Of a DNA stretch of 64,000 bases, positions 24,190 through 39,059 are shown piece by piece. Where the stretch lies: NCBI GenBank assembly GCA_040954595.2, contig CM082596.2, positions 7,580,468 through 7,644,467 of the forward strand, read 5' to 3'. Each line of letters begins with the position of its first letter. Position 1 is the first letter of the stretch. The position numbers and the translations under genes are program-made. The stretch comes from Balanoglossus misakiensis (lineage: Eukaryota; Animalia; Hemichordata). The notes beneath the pieces were generated by a model. That model was not told where the DNA came from and searched no databases. It saw nothing but the letters and a program-made list of their open reading frames with translations.

Positions 24190-27100
24190 ATGAAGCATCC
24201 CACTGTTCCTGTCGTGTGCTCAATGGACGAAAAGAGTTTCAAGTTCATCTTGAATGTCGGAGTGGTTTTGTTGTACCTGTTAGTAAGCCCAGCCGGGGGC
24301 GGTGAGTTCTACAACTTTTGCAGAATTATTGCGATTGCCATGAATATTTAAGCAATAACCCCCGCCGCAGGCGGGTATACACGAGATTTGGGTACAATTC
24401 GAGACATATAGCACGAGCCGTCAGTGTATACCCGACTGAGGCGGGGGTTATTGCCATTATATTATATCAACAATTGATTTGGTGGCATATCAGTGTCATT
24501 TTCTTAATGAAACAGCATTAGAAAGAAAAGTTACGATCGTAAACCAACAAGGCGACGATGAATGTAAACATGACATTTCTCTTATGAACTTGAAGCTCGT
24601 AAGGGACATTTCGTAAAGCAAATACATTTTTTTATCTCTTACTCACGACTTAGTATCTCGTGAGCACGAGATAAAAAAATGGTACACCTGCCATCAAGAC
24701 GTGTCACATTTTTGTTATAATAAAGAATACCATTGGAACTATTTTAATAATGATTATTAAAACATCACGCTGACAGGTGTTTGGTTGTGTTGTTTCAATA
24801 CTAATACGCTTATCTCGACATCCGCATTCCAGCCAGCGTCTCTGCAATCCTCGGGGATGCAGCGCTGTACAAGGTCCTCTGGTATTTTTTAATGGTGGAA
24901 CAAGATGACAATGCCTATGGTAGTCGTTGTTGTTCGTGCAGTGAATTCATAGTTTGGGGATATAAACTTAAACAGTGTGATATAACCTCAAAGTATGTGT
25001 GTAATATTCCTCTTAGAAGATTCGCGCATGAGGTAGAATGTGAGGCAACCGTGATATGAGAGGCCGCTGTCCATTGCTTCCCAGTGCGGTGGTAAATCCT
25101 GTCTGATTTAAATTCGCAAACAATGGACATGGACATATGTAAATTGAAGGTGACCGTGTACCTTCAAGTACCCCCCCCCCCCCCGAAGAGAATCACAATG
25201 CTAAGCAACTAACAAGAGATAGGTAATAAATCATGAATACAAATGACAAAATACTCGGACTAGAGCCAGGCTGTACATGTATATTGGTTTTAAAATGCGG
25301 CGTCCTTATTGAAGCAACAAAATTGTCGTTTTACGCAGCACCAACAGTGACACCGCTCCCGATGCCGTCATTTACGAGTGGATGGTTACCAGTCCAGTCC
25401 CAGGCCGGTGACAACTCATTTATGTCCATACCGCACTACTTAAACGAATTGCCAATCTTTGTTCAGGTAATATTGATATACTTATATCACACACTATGAT
25501 GCTTTCTTACTAGTATGTAACATTGAGCCAACACTAAGCTTGTGAGGTGAGAGTGACCGGAGTGACCATGGTCAGCTGGTGTCAGGTGTGTGAAGGAATG
25601 ATTCGTAAACTGGCCGTCATGACTTTTTTATTAGTAATAATCGCACTAAATCTTTTTCAATTTTTTTCCAAACTACGCGAGTATATTCATATATTGTGTG
25701 GCTTTCCTCGTATTATTACTATTTGCGGCAGTAGATGCACACTGAACAGAGTTATTTGAAGATAAACAAAATACGGTATCATTTATGATCTGAACTTGGT
25801 GTATTTTCAGGTCCTTACGCGCGCCGTTGATGGGCCAAATGTCGGTTTAATATTTCATGGCACAGGGTCCGCGCAGGTTGATGATGACCTCGACGAGGAC
25901 TATGGGGGCGTAGTTTACAGTTACAACAAAGATAACGTACGACTATGGCTACCAACTCAGTATAACAACTTTGCCCGTGGTTGCGCTATTAACACAGGTA
26001 ATGCGAGTGGAATTCGAATCAAAGTCTAACAAACTTTACAAATGAGCCAACTAAATATATGCCACTGACTTCAGTTAGTGTAAACCATTGCTTCAAGAGC
26101 AGGGCAGGTTTACTTGGTGACCTTGTTTTGTTTTGTTTTGTTTTGTTTTCATCAGGTGTTAAATGCGCAGATGCGGTGTATGTTGTAATTTTTTTACCGA
26201 GAAAATACAGTTGAAATATGATCACACTTTTTTATGCTTCTGTAATGAAATTGTTGCGCCTTTTTTACCCGTATTTATACATTTGTGTTTTACTTTTATA
26301 TAATCATTTTAGTAACGGATGTCCACGTAAACAAAATTCAAGCCGTAGTATTCTCTCCAATCAACCGGATTGGCATTTTTCGTAAACGGTAGCATGTCTA
26401 TGGATGTAACATCCCGCGCGCATCTGATTTCATTTTTAACCAATCAGGTGGTCCGCTGTGGGGCACGCCTCATTACCAATGCAGTAACAGTGCCGAGGTC
26501 AAAGTTGACGCCTGGCTGGGTGACAATTTCCCTGTACCAGAATACACCTCTGATTGGTTTCCATTCAGTGCACGTGATGGCGACAAATCGTTCAAAGAAA
26601 TCGACCATGCACTCCAAAAGCAGCCGTCGCTGGTACGAGTTCAGTATCAAGAACAGAATCCAACAGCGGATTTTTACGGATACACATATGATGGTTACGG
26701 TGCGTTACACATTTCATAGCATTATCTAGGTAAACTTTCTACCATATAGGCCTACATGTAGTTATAGGCGTGGGATTGTCTCCGTAATTTTGGTTCCAGC
26801 AATGATATACAACCTTTTCATAAGTCCAGCGCCCTCATGCAACCATTGTGAATTTGAACTCAAAGCGAGGCCAACGGGGCAAAGTTGACAGATCACATCA
26901 TCATTCGTGATGGTTGTGTGAAGGCACTAGACTTATGAAAAGGGTGTATTGAAAAGTCGATATTTCCCACTTTCTTGCCTGTGCAAACTTTAGTTTTCTG
27001 GTCAAACTTAGCATGAGCCCGATTCTTTGTTCAACATTTTCTGCTTCTGAGGTGGGTGTCATCAAACATTAATTATGGAATGGCACATTGCTGCAGGCGT

Positions 27101-30100
27101 GAGCAAAATTGCTCAATGTTATACATTTACAAATATAGTTACTTTGAGATATACATTGTAATACACTTCACATCACCGGGATGCGACTGTTCACGCCAAA
27201 CCCGGTGGCGTCTTGACTTACAGGATTTAAACTTACGTACTTTTAGACTATCGTCCATATCACTTCTGTTTACTTTTTTGCTCGACATTATAGGTGCCGC
27301 GCAATCCGGCGACGATCTCGAGTTTAGAGGCTATGGTGGAATTGTGTATTCATTCAATGAATATTCTGTGCGAATGTGGGCACCATCAACAAATGGTCAG
27401 ACTGTGGTTGATGAACACCCTGGTTAGTGAATGTTACATATAGGTATAGTGTTTTCCCGCATGGTTGTATCTTCGCCAGGTTTTACTTCTATTTTATGCA
27501 GTAGAAAATTAATTAAAGGGTACCTGTGGGCGAAGCCTCTTTCTTTGTGTTTGTTCACGAAAACTCTGAAAATATTTTATTACCATACTAGTACATTTTT
27601 ACCTTGCATGTAGTGTGCTTCACTGAATAATATTCATTTTTCCAACAGGCTCTCTTTTTGAATGTACAACTGATTGGGGTCCTGGAATATACGCCAACTC
27701 ATTCAATGATGGCATTGTTAAGGTCTTTGTGTGGACTGACAGCTTCCCGACGCCCTATGAAATTAGCGGCGAGATGGGAATTGGAAACGGTGTAGAAAAT
27801 TATTGGGAGATACCGGTACCTGTGGGTTTGACACCGGAATTTGTGCTTGTTGAGGTAAAGCTTGCTTGCCTGTCTGTCTAACCACGTATTGATGTATTTA
27901 TGTATGTGTAGGTGTGCGCGTGCATGTGTTTGTGTGTGTGTCCGTCCGTCCATCTGTCTGTCTGTCTGTCTAGCTGTCTTGTTATCTGGCTGGGGCTGAA
28001 CCCCCCCCCCCCCCCTGCCATCGGATCGCCAAATATATCGGCTATTATTCGATATCAAATGACGTCAGACGCCCTCAGGTGGCAGTAATGTTGCATTCAA
28101 ATTTCCAGATGACGGGCAACTTCAGAAACGTGGTCCAGACAACGACAGTGCAGAAACGCCATGAGGTTGATGAGGCACCATACCTGTTACACGTTACGTG
28201 TCCGGCGGTTTTAAAGTAAAAACATTCTCGGAAAAACTGGATGCCGAAATATTGCTTGCCCGTCATCTGGAAATGACAACGCCGTGGGTCACATTGCCAG
28301 ATCACGTGATTGATAGTAAAGAAAAAGATCAAACCAATAGAATCATATTTCTTCACTGCATCATGGCAACCAACAACACGTTCGTCAACGTCGGCAAAAT
28401 AAGAGAACAAGATTGGGGCCATCCAGCTGTACTATTCCATTCGCCGAATATCCCCAAATTAGCATATTCTTATTACAGGTGACAGCAAACGACGGACCCA
28501 ATACAGGTTTTAAATTTTATGGAATGGGAGTGCAACAAAGCCGCCTTAACACAAACTACGGGGGTCTCATCTACGGCTACAATGCCAGCCATATACGCAT
28601 GTGGTCACCTGACACCTCTTATGGCGGTATAGTGAATGTCAAGGACGGATGGGGTGGAGAGATGTACGCCCAAACTTCCCAAACTGCTGACGTCACTGTC
28701 AAGATGTGGCAAACTGAGGCAACTGGTCAGTATGAGTGTTACGAAGATCCGTGATGTGTTTGTTTGTTTGTTTTTATCAGATTTGAGTGGAAATGCGCCA
28801 ATCCCCCCCCCCTTCTCACAATTGTTTATGTTATTTAGACCCGTGCCATGAAAGCAACTACATAGAAATTGACAACCGATACAGGAGTTCAACGTTCAGC
28901 TCGAGCCACTTCTCTGACGTGTCTCAGCGTATATGTGACAACGACACAAGGATAGAGTGGTATCGATTCACAAGTGAAGCCGGAGGTGAAATACCGACAT
29001 CTTGTGTCGCTGAAGGAATGTGTGGAACTCGGTATCCTGTTTGGATTAATGGAGAAATACCCGATGGAGATGGTATCAGTACTGTACCAGCATGCGTCAA
29101 CAAGGGTAGGATTTTTAAAGGATTCCTTTTCTCTACGTTTTATGTGTCAATGTACATACTGAACCAACTTCATTTAGGGACCATGCACTACTTTTTTATT
29201 TGGTGCAAATTTGCACTGGTAAATTGCTCAAATGAAATGCCAATACTTATATTCATAATCGTAATCACTGAAAACGTGTTATACATCTCTTTTTATATTC
29301 ATTTATTAGGTACATGCTGTGATGACTATGTCTATATCAAAGTTAAAAGATGTTCAGACTACATAGTGTATGAATTGAAACCATTGTTACCATGTCCAAC
29401 GGCGTACTGTGCAGGTATTCCCAAAGGAGATTTACTTTTGAAATATTTTCATGTATTAAGGTAGTGAGGACAGATTTTTAGGAAAATATTATTGTCCCCT
29501 TAACCTTCCCAACTATGATATACTTTGAAGAGTTTCTTTAAACAAAGAAGAAAACTGTGTGTTCTTCGTCAATTTCCCCATGAAAATCGCTACTGTACTT
29601 TTTCACCACACACTTAATACAGACATTGGCGACCATTTTGAATATGCGACAATGTTGCTCTCTCATTTAAAGCCCCAGTATTTCTCGTGTGCATCCATTT
29701 TTCATCATCGAAAAAAGCCCGTTTTTCCAGTACATCCATCATGGAATACTATATAAAGAAGATGTAAGAAAGGTTTGGGCAACTGTAGCTACATGCAAGC
29801 CGAAAATATCGCCCGTAACACTTGAAATGATGCGCGGGTTTGTTTACAACGGAAATGTTGTACATGTCGATCAGCAAACGTGCCACTTTGACATTTTGAT
29901 GGTCAGACCATTTTCGGATTTGATCTGGTTCCATCGACTGATTCCTCCCATAAAGTTATCTTCCCAAAATTTCGCCGAATTAGTGCGCATTTCTTCGCTG
30001 AGTCGCTTGATTTGGGGCGACCAAACCTCTTCCGCATAGATTCACATTTGAGTGCGCATGCGCACTAGTCACGTGTGTCAACATTAGCCTGACTCACGTG

Positions 30101-33100
30101 ACTTTCTGTCCGGACAGAAAGTCATTCTTCACTCGTTATATTGTAAATTGTATGAGTTTATCAGCAGAGCTGGGGATGATGACTGTTCGATTCAGTATCA
30201 ATTATCATCTACTTTTAGAAATTATAGATGCCGTTTCAAACAAAATTTTGCCCCTACGAGAAATACTGTGGCTTTAAACTTTGTATGGGAAGTAAACCAA
30301 CACGATTACAGCCCCCTAACTTCCTATTTTTGAACAGGAGATAGAGAGCCTTGCCCACCGGGTCAGCGTTCCCCAACAGGAGATTTCCAACCTGACTGCA
30401 CAGGTAAGCACTTCCTGTTCGAAGATCATTTCACTTTAGCGTCCAGCCAGCTGGTTTCTCTTGAAACATGTATGGTGTTATATTTCACAAGAACATTCTC
30501 TCTGATAACGTTTTCTTCCAGACGTGTTTCCCCAGTTGAAATCACCTCCTGTGCTGGAACACAATTTTGATGACAATATCGCCTACTTTGAATGCAGTTT
30601 TGAATTTCCCATGTGGCAGAACACGTCGTATTTAGTAGACTGGTATCTCGACGAGACTCGTGTAAACTACAAATACCTCAGTTATAAAGAGAGAAGCGAC
30701 AAACTGATGGAAAATGAATATAAACTCGGATCAACCGTAAGTAAATTGCGCCAACTGACAAGGAAATGTATCGTCATCATATTGTTGTAAATTAAGATCT
30801 ATTCCAAATTGGTGGTTTGGGTTTTAGCTGCTGTAAACCATGACTGCACGTTTAAGAACAAATGGTACCATATACTACATGTACATGTACGTGCACGGTA
30901 AAAAAGAAGCTTTCTTGTTCATTTTATCACTGACACAGGTAACTTGTGAAGTGTCGGCTACATACTTGGGTACTGAAATATATGGTTACCCCATTCAAAG
31001 TAACGCTATCTTCGTAGGCGTACAGGTAACGTAATTCATTGTTCTTGTTTGGTATTTTCTGCGGTTCCAAAAAAATGGTTGGAAATCTTTCTGGCACAGG
31101 AAATGCCACCTTTGATATCGTTTATTTATCATGGGCGACATTAAATCATATAAATTGGTTTACAGAAACCTTTTTTGGCAATTTCTTTCTTCTGTGCATT
31201 CTGAGAAGCGCTGCCTCTAGTCACGGTACCACGTAATGACCGGATATTCTCGCAACACCCGGGAACTTTCTGTCACCGTGCTTATGTTTTATATACATGT
31301 ATATCCCTTCTCGGTTCAAATGTGACCATGCTACATTCTATCTAAGATTTCAGTTCATTTTCAAGGTTTTGGGGTGATGAAATGTGTATACAATGATAGA
31401 ACATGCTAGTTGATCTCTTAGGGAAGAGGTAATATAATAAAGTATTACAGTTTGCGCGGCAGGAACCGCTTGTCAATTTCAAGTGGTCACTGTGTCACGT
31501 GTTCATTATGTACCTTGAGAGTACTGTCAATCATTGCAGTGTGTGAAATTAATTCATCCTAGTGTCCCATTATAAGAAATATACAATTTTTCAGGTATTG
31601 CCGAATGATGTCACTGTTTGGGAGAATGGGCTACCCTCCAATGTATCGATTACAACGACCGTTGCAATGCAGTGTTCCTTTGATTTGAGGGCAAGAGAAA
31701 GTAAGAAACTCGCTTATTTTGACATTGCGGGCGTTTCATTGCATTTCGTTGTCAAACTCTCGCAATCCTTTTGATTTTAAAGTTTGTCATTTTACTTTTC
31801 AGATACACAGAATTTAATCTGCGAGAAAACAAACTTGATGTACATGCAACAAATATATAAATTCCAGTTCCCATTGTGAATATCTTTTATTTTCCTCCAT
31901 TTCAGATTACTACGGTTTATCACGACCCGATATTGTCTTTGACAAATGTCAAGTTGATTACAACTACCAAGATGGCGCCAATATCGTTTCGATTTACGCC
32001 GTAAGCGATTGTCAGTCAGAGACCTTTTATGTCAACGTTGTAGATATTATCCCGACTGGAGATTGTTCCTTGTCCGTAATGGATGGTTATGCTCAGTCTT
32101 TTGGTGTAAGTTTTTTTTAGAGTTTATCGCTTCCGTTGTGTTGCCTATCATCGAATCAATGCAAGCCGGTGATGATTCTTTTTCCAGCTGCTAAAATCTC
32201 ACTGAATTACTCATTTTGTAAACCCAATTTTAAGCAATTATCATAAAGTAGAAGTGGAAGACTGATGCATTAGTCACTTTCATTCTTAAATTTGTTTGTA
32301 GGTGAACACAGAAGAGCGCGACTGTGGCAACTGTTGTGGGACTGGGGATCCTCACTACACGACATTTGATGATAGGTACATTTATGCATTTAAGTTCATC
32401 CTCATCAACTTGGACAGTGTGATCTAAGGTTTTTACCCCAGTAACAATTGTGGCGCCAGTGTAAACACAGCCGATATGAAATATTATTTTTCGTAGTGTT
32501 CGTTGACAAAATTAACCAAAACTTTCGATTATTTCCTAAGGTGTGTTCGATACAAATTAGGACTGTCAAACTATCATTTGTTGAGTGCTCGTGTGTGTGT
32601 GTTCTGAAAACACCAGCAGTTTCATTGTACACTTCAGGTAACTCTGAGGTCTCGCTGAGTCTCGTTTTCATAATTATAAATCTGACAAAAATATGCCACA
32701 ATTTACTATACATAGTAAATTCCCGTATATGCTAACCAGTAAAATGTTACGCCATATTTTTATCTTAGTACCTATGACTGGTATGGACGCGGGGACTTTG
32801 TTCTTCATGAGAGTTTATCGCGACAGTTTGAGGTAATAAATTTACTTAGTTTGTATATCTTTAGTTTCTAGTAGGAGGCACGAATGAATAAACGCCTGCA
32901 TTGCGAATATCCATCAGCATATGTACTGACACAAGATGAGGTCCTGTTTACAATCATACACATTTTCACCTTGAAAACTGTAGCTTACCCCACGTTGACA
33001 AAGGCGTGTCACATGGATGATTGCCTTTGAAAACTGCTATTTGTTATTCTAGGCTATGGATGGTATATCACGTTCATGCATCGTCAGCAATCAACGCGCA

Positions 33101-36100
33101 GTCTTTCCACTAAACTCTTGACGTCACCTTCTCGTGGCCATCCTCCACTCGTCCTTCACTTATATTTCCACATTCTGTTATTTTCTCAATTTCAATAGGT
33201 TCATGTTAGGACCTGGCCATGTAACTCCGTGACGTGTCACTGCGCCATCGCTGTGCGCGAGAACAATGACGTCATAAGTGTCGATATCTGTCACGGGACC
33301 TACGGCAGAGCTGCCCCAAGGATAACCAAGTTGAGTAACGGCAAGCTAGCCAGTGGTGTGAGGGTAAAGAAAGACAAAACGGGAAAAGAATTCGTGGTAA
33401 TTATGCAGCTATGAAATTAAGGTCTTTATTACATGCCTCGGATGTGCGTGCAAAATCAATGCGCGTTAATTTGAATACTAGGCAACATCCGGGAATGTTG
33501 CCTGCCGGTGAACGTTATCTTGACTGGTTGCTAAGGCTACGAGTCCGATGATACCAGCTGAACAACAGCCGCCGGAACTAATTTTCTAAAAACTTGCTCT
33601 GCTGAAAATGTTTTTTTTAACATAATGATAAACTCGACAGTGGTTTGAACAATGACTATGACCATATGCCCCCCCCCCCCACGTCGGGCAAATGACTCCC
33701 GGCGCTCGGGCCCATACACCCATGTATTCGGGCAATAATGTATAATACTCACGAAGCCGGAGTGGAATTTTGTCTGCACTGATACAATTCCAACTCTCAT
33801 ATAACCACAATCTTACATCCAATTAACTGGAAGTCGAGTAATTATCATTCTGATTTAAATTGCATAGCTTGAAAGACAACATCACGGCATGGTCACAGAC
33901 TCACTGTCGTCAGCTTGCACCGCCTACTCGAACTTCATCAAGAGACATTTTGTCGATTTTCCTCCGGGTTTCACATCCTGATTTGGTTAATCCAACCATT
34001 CTTTCAGATTGACATGCCTTCCATGAGTTCGGTCCGCGTTGTTACAGCTAGCACTTATATAAATGTGTATCTTGATGTACCTGGCGCCGATTTTGATCTC
34101 TCGGATGGTTTGTGTGGAACATTTGACCACGATAAGAGCAACGATTACAGGAAAAGCGATGGTACAACTTTGGCGTATACCGGACGTCGACCAGATGAAT
34201 TCAGTGAAAGTTGGAGGTACAAATGACATTACCAATTTACATATTTAAATCGTTCCAGTGGTACTGGTGAGTTGAATCGCCGCCATGGAAATTGAAAAGG
34301 TTCCTACCTTATTAGGAATGAACTGAGAATGTTTAGAAAACAAAGTGTACGGGTCAATATGTTGTGAGAGTTATGGAGTCTTTCTTCCAGACAGGTAGCA
34401 TGACAGGTGTGCTGATGCACGTGACCTCTTCGAATCCCAAATGCATACTGAGGGTCAGTGCCACCATTGTCTCGGTTACCCAGACTCCTCTGCTTCTTCC
34501 CAGCGGAAAAAGCAAGGGGCATCTGGGTAACCGAGACTAACGTATACCTTAAAAAGTCGTTCCATGGTGAACTCTGTCATCTTTTGGATGAAGGCGGTAG
34601 CCTAAATACTAAATACTCATTAATTGCTTAATGTGCTCTGGTTTGGTAAAAAAAAAAGACCTAACCCACCATCGTAAAATGATCTGCATCAATGTAATTT
34701 TTCCAATGTGCAGTATGAGATTAGACTGAAAGATTCAGTCGTGTACGGGAGCTCCGGCAATGACTTGTCCCGGCCTTTACGATTGCATGGTTCCAACAAA
34801 ATTTTGTTGGCGAATAGGATTTCAACAGTGTGCGTTCAGTTCTGGAGAATTCTTAGGCAGCGAGCCGGAGCGCCCGCACAGGACTGAATCTTTCAGTCTA
34901 AGTATGGGATACATGTGGATTTATTTTAAGGATTCCTTCTGGAGAAAGTTTATTTGACAAACAGCCAGACCACATGACACTACAAAAGAATACAGTGTAC
35001 TGCGACTGCATGGGCTCAGAATTCAATTGTTACGACAATATGCAAGAAATCCTTGATTACTCTGATTATGAAGAAGGTTGGACGGATATTACAGACGAAA
35101 TTGATGCGCAGACTATCACTGGCAAGTAAGTGGGCTCTGAAAGTTTTCCATCAGATTTTATCCTAAAATGAGACGTAATCAGATGGTACATGTTGTCATT
35201 TGTACGATTCAAAAATATTACGCACGTTTCCACGCAAAACACAAACCCTTGCACTAGTCATGTCACAGTACAATATCACTGAGTCTTGAATGTTGTCTCC
35301 CCGCTTGAATATTCTAGCCTTATTGCATTGCCACCTCAAAGCTTCGCAGTCATTTTTAACTGTAATAATTTTAACATGAGGTTTGCAATCTAACCCTTGA
35401 CCTTGTCTTTCCAGACGACAAAGAAGGCAAATTCAATTGCATAGAAAATTTCGTCAGTACAGTGTCACGGACGGTCATGATTTCGCCCCAGCAACACTGA
35501 CGTGGCCAGCACCTAGTGGCAGAACCGAGCAACAAGCACGTGACATGTGTGAATCGGCAGTTCTCAACTCAACTGCTGCTGAAGCATGCGCAGAAGTTCC
35601 GGGCGTTGATCTGTTTGTTGGCGTCCAAAGCTGTGTTGAAGACATCGGGGTAATGTATCATGCAATTATACCGGTTTTTTTTCTTTATTTGGAAGAAAAA
35701 CAAAGACTTCAAATAGGTAACGTCAGATCTTCGCAGAATCACTTCAGAATTAACAAAGAATCAGACACATCAGTGTTTCATGTGAGAGCATAACAGATAT
35801 TATAATGAAATGCATGATGGATGGAGTGTAAAATCTATAAAAATAAACTCTGGTCTTGTATATAACATTATACATACCCTGACACCCGCAGGTATCGGAC
35901 AGTCTGATGTTTTTAGATGATGCAGTATCTTTAATGGAAAACCAATGTGTTGATCTGGCGATGAAAAACCTTTCCCTATACACAACAGGTAAACAGTGGA
36001 AATATCTCATTTTATTTTGTGTAACTATAATCATCCCGAACGGGGATAGCGTACGGGCCTTGTGGATAAATTTTTCCACAACCTACCCCTGGAATGAAAA

Positions 36101-38638
36101 CGTTTGATGGCTGTTTGATGTAGTTTTGCGGAGAGGTTTGTAGTTCATGGTCTCTTGAAGTGATTGTTGGGCTTGTGGTCGAGTCAAAACAAAGCCCTAT
36201 CGTCAACATTTGGCCGTGGACAGAATAGTGTCATGAAATACCTGACATTACATGCGCGCTTGGTAGCCCAATGGTGTGGAGGGGCTCATGCTATGGGTTT
36301 ACAGGTGATTGAGAAAAATAGGCAATATCCCTGATTTTCAGGTACAGGGTCCCCGTGCATGGTATGTCACTCACCCATTGAGGGGCGGAGACTAGGTCAC
36401 ATGATATATGCTCATATAGGCAACTCTTCCCACCTTCTGAGTCACTTCTGAGGTAGCCGTCTTGCAGCTAACAGTGGACTTCGTGTGCTCCTGATCCAAT
36501 CTCTTGGCTACCGCTATTTTGCGTTTATTTACGTTCAACTCCATTTCTATGCATCACTAGTACGTCTCTGTGAGACTCGATTGCTAGATCGGTGGGTTTA
36601 CGTAGCTATTTTTCCGGTGTTATTGCTTATTCGGTCCGTCTGAGTCGGGACGGGTGTTCTGTCGCCCAAGCCCAGCTTTACAAGTGCGTGTTCTGTCCAC
36701 GCACAAGTCGAACGCTTCAGTGACAGTCGTCATCGGAAGCTCGTTCACGTTACCACACTGCAGACATCTGTGGGAATTTCCCCAGAGTGCTTTATTTAGT
36801 TGTTGAACCTGTAAAGTATTTGCTGTATTTTCCGAGATTTCGTGACAACAGTGTTCCACGTTTTATACTAAAACTAATCATCCAAGTGTTACTTTCTCGT
36901 AACCCAGATGCAAATGGTACTGTTATCGGGCCACCGTCGTTTGTATTCGAGGTGATCTGTCCATCACAGTGCAGCGGCCAGGGTCTGTGCGTCAACGGAA
37001 CGTGTGAATGTTATCAAGGTATGTCTTCACTATCTGGTGATGATCAGCTGTATTTCTTAATCACCTATTTTATGATAAATTGCAGGTTTTCCCTTCGTGG
37101 TATAGGGGATCAAATAACATTATAATTGCATTCTTGGTAAAGGGTCGACAAGTCACTGCAGTAATGTTAACTGTATTTCATGACTTCCTTTGGTCAAACG
37201 TTTATGTCTTTGTAGTTGTTTTCAAATTTTATTATTTTTCTGTTAAAAAGTTTAAGACTGACTCAGTATCACTTTAACTTATGAACTTCCATATCTTAAA
37301 CATGGCAAAAATCGTCATTTTGAAGTCGTGTCGACCATTTAAGATTTTTATCACTCACCTAGGTAGCAAAAATTGGGAATAGCGTTTTTGTGTTATCTAC
37401 AGCAGCCGCAATATGCACCATTTATCTAAAGAGTTCGTGCTCTTTCTTGCCAGGATTCGATGGAGCTGATTGTTCCGTCGACACCACAAGACCCCCTAAC
37501 CTTTGGTACATCAACGACGCCGAAGAGCACGCCCTCTGTGACATCAGAGAAGAGCCGTGCCAGCATATCAGCGTCATTGGTGACAATTTCCTGAATTCGG
37601 ATAGTTTAATCTGCCTCTACAGCAAAACCCAAGATCGCCTCCCCACTGAATCTTACTTCTCAACGTTTCGAGAAGTTATTTGCTCACTGGAGAATCCATT
37701 GGTAGTTCCCGGAGACCCTGACGTCACTGAAGGGGTCACAGTTCGGACCGTTGAGATGTTCGTTAGTAACGACAACGGGATTACCTCCAGTAATGGATTG
37801 CTATTGACAACGTATGACTCTAAATGTCAATATTGTAATGAAACATTTTACTGTGAGCTTAAGGTATGTATTTTTTTTTCTAAATAGAATTTGCATATGT
37901 GCATATATTATACTATGTCAATAGTTGGCTAACGTTTATGCCGTCGAGGATAATGACGTTGCGATAAGAATAAATTTAAATTTTGCCTTAAAATGATAAT
38001 TATTATGGTACATGTATTTTCGTGATCTTCCCATGCAGTCTGATTCCTGTGAAATAAACGGTCACTGCTTTTCGTCCGGAGAATCCAATCCCAGCGACGA
38101 CACTAAATACTGCAACCCCAGCATCAACCAATATGAATGGTCAGAAATCGGAGGTAATAGGCCATTTTCCTGGCACCTATATGGACCTATATGAACAAAT
38201 GATCTCTGCTATGCCCACTTTCACCCATGACAAAGCGAATGCAGCTCCGTAAAATAAAGAATAGTTTCACACAATGTTCATCATCAAATAATGTGACGTA
38301 TTGCCTCCTTCAGCAGCATTCCGATACAATATTCATGTCAAAAAATGTCTGATCAAAAATATATCGTTACATGTCTTTCTTGATGTATGTTCAGATCCAA
38401 ATTCAGGAGATGAAAATTGGGTGATGATACTTGCTTTGACCTTCTGCGGAATAGCTGGTATTATTCTGGCCACGATTCTTATCGTCGTTGTGTACAAGCA
38501 CGTGTGCAAAAAGAAGCAATTGGAAAACAAGGTTATAATCTTATTTATTTCACTTTTAGATTGTGCGAGATATCTTCAGTAGAAAAACAAGTCACTGTTA
38601 CATTTGCAAAGTCCCTTTTGAGTATGTACACGTACGAG

Positions 38639-38670
<32 letters not shown>

Positions 38671-38766
38671 TGTATGTATGTATGTATGTATGTATGTATG
38701 TATGTATGTATGTATGTATGTATGTATGTATGTATGTATGTATGTATGTATGTATGTATGTATGTA

Positions 38767-38799
<33 letters not shown>

Positions 38800-39014
38800 A
38801 TGTATGTATGTATGTATGTATGTATGTATGTATGTATGTATGTATGTATGTATGTATGTATGTATGTATGTATGTATGCATGTAATTCATAAGCTTTCCA
38901 ATAAAGTCGAAAAAGAAGATGCACACCTAAAAACTAATACTGTTTGTTTCCCTTCAGGTGCACCCCAAGGAGCTCCACCAGGAGACAGTTGTTGTCGAGA
39001 CCAAAGGTATCTAA
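24190..39014 (+). CDS. VWDE: von Willebrand factor D and EGF domain-containing protein-like, single-pass membrane protein with about 25 exons
   Basis: Signal-peptide exon 24190-24301 (..ILNVGVVLLYLLVSPAGG). Three YGG.VY..N..VR.W.P modules at 25339-28725. UMOD/GP2-type D8C region (WYRFTSEAGGEIPTSC..CGTRYPVW) at 28839-29414. VWD domain (GDPHYTTFD near 32345, GLCGTFD near 34107). Furin-like KRQRR near 35415. EGF ([28 protein letters not shown]). TM exon 38395-38531. Last exon 38958-39014 (VHPKELHQETVVVETKGI*). Orthology to vertebrate VWDE is not established. Confidence 0.85.
38640..38882. repeat. (TATG)n microsatellite with a short (TG)n core
   Basis: Direct reading; lies in the last intron of the VWDE-like gene. 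Confidence 0.95.
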
Positions 39015-39059
39015 TAGGATTAATTTGTGGAGGATTTCTTGGAATTGCGTTCGTTATCT

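Noticed and set aside
37160-37370. Segment shared with 42180-42400 as a possible conserved exon
   Set aside because: Intronic in two unrelated genes with indels and no common ORF; an ordinary dispersed repeat.
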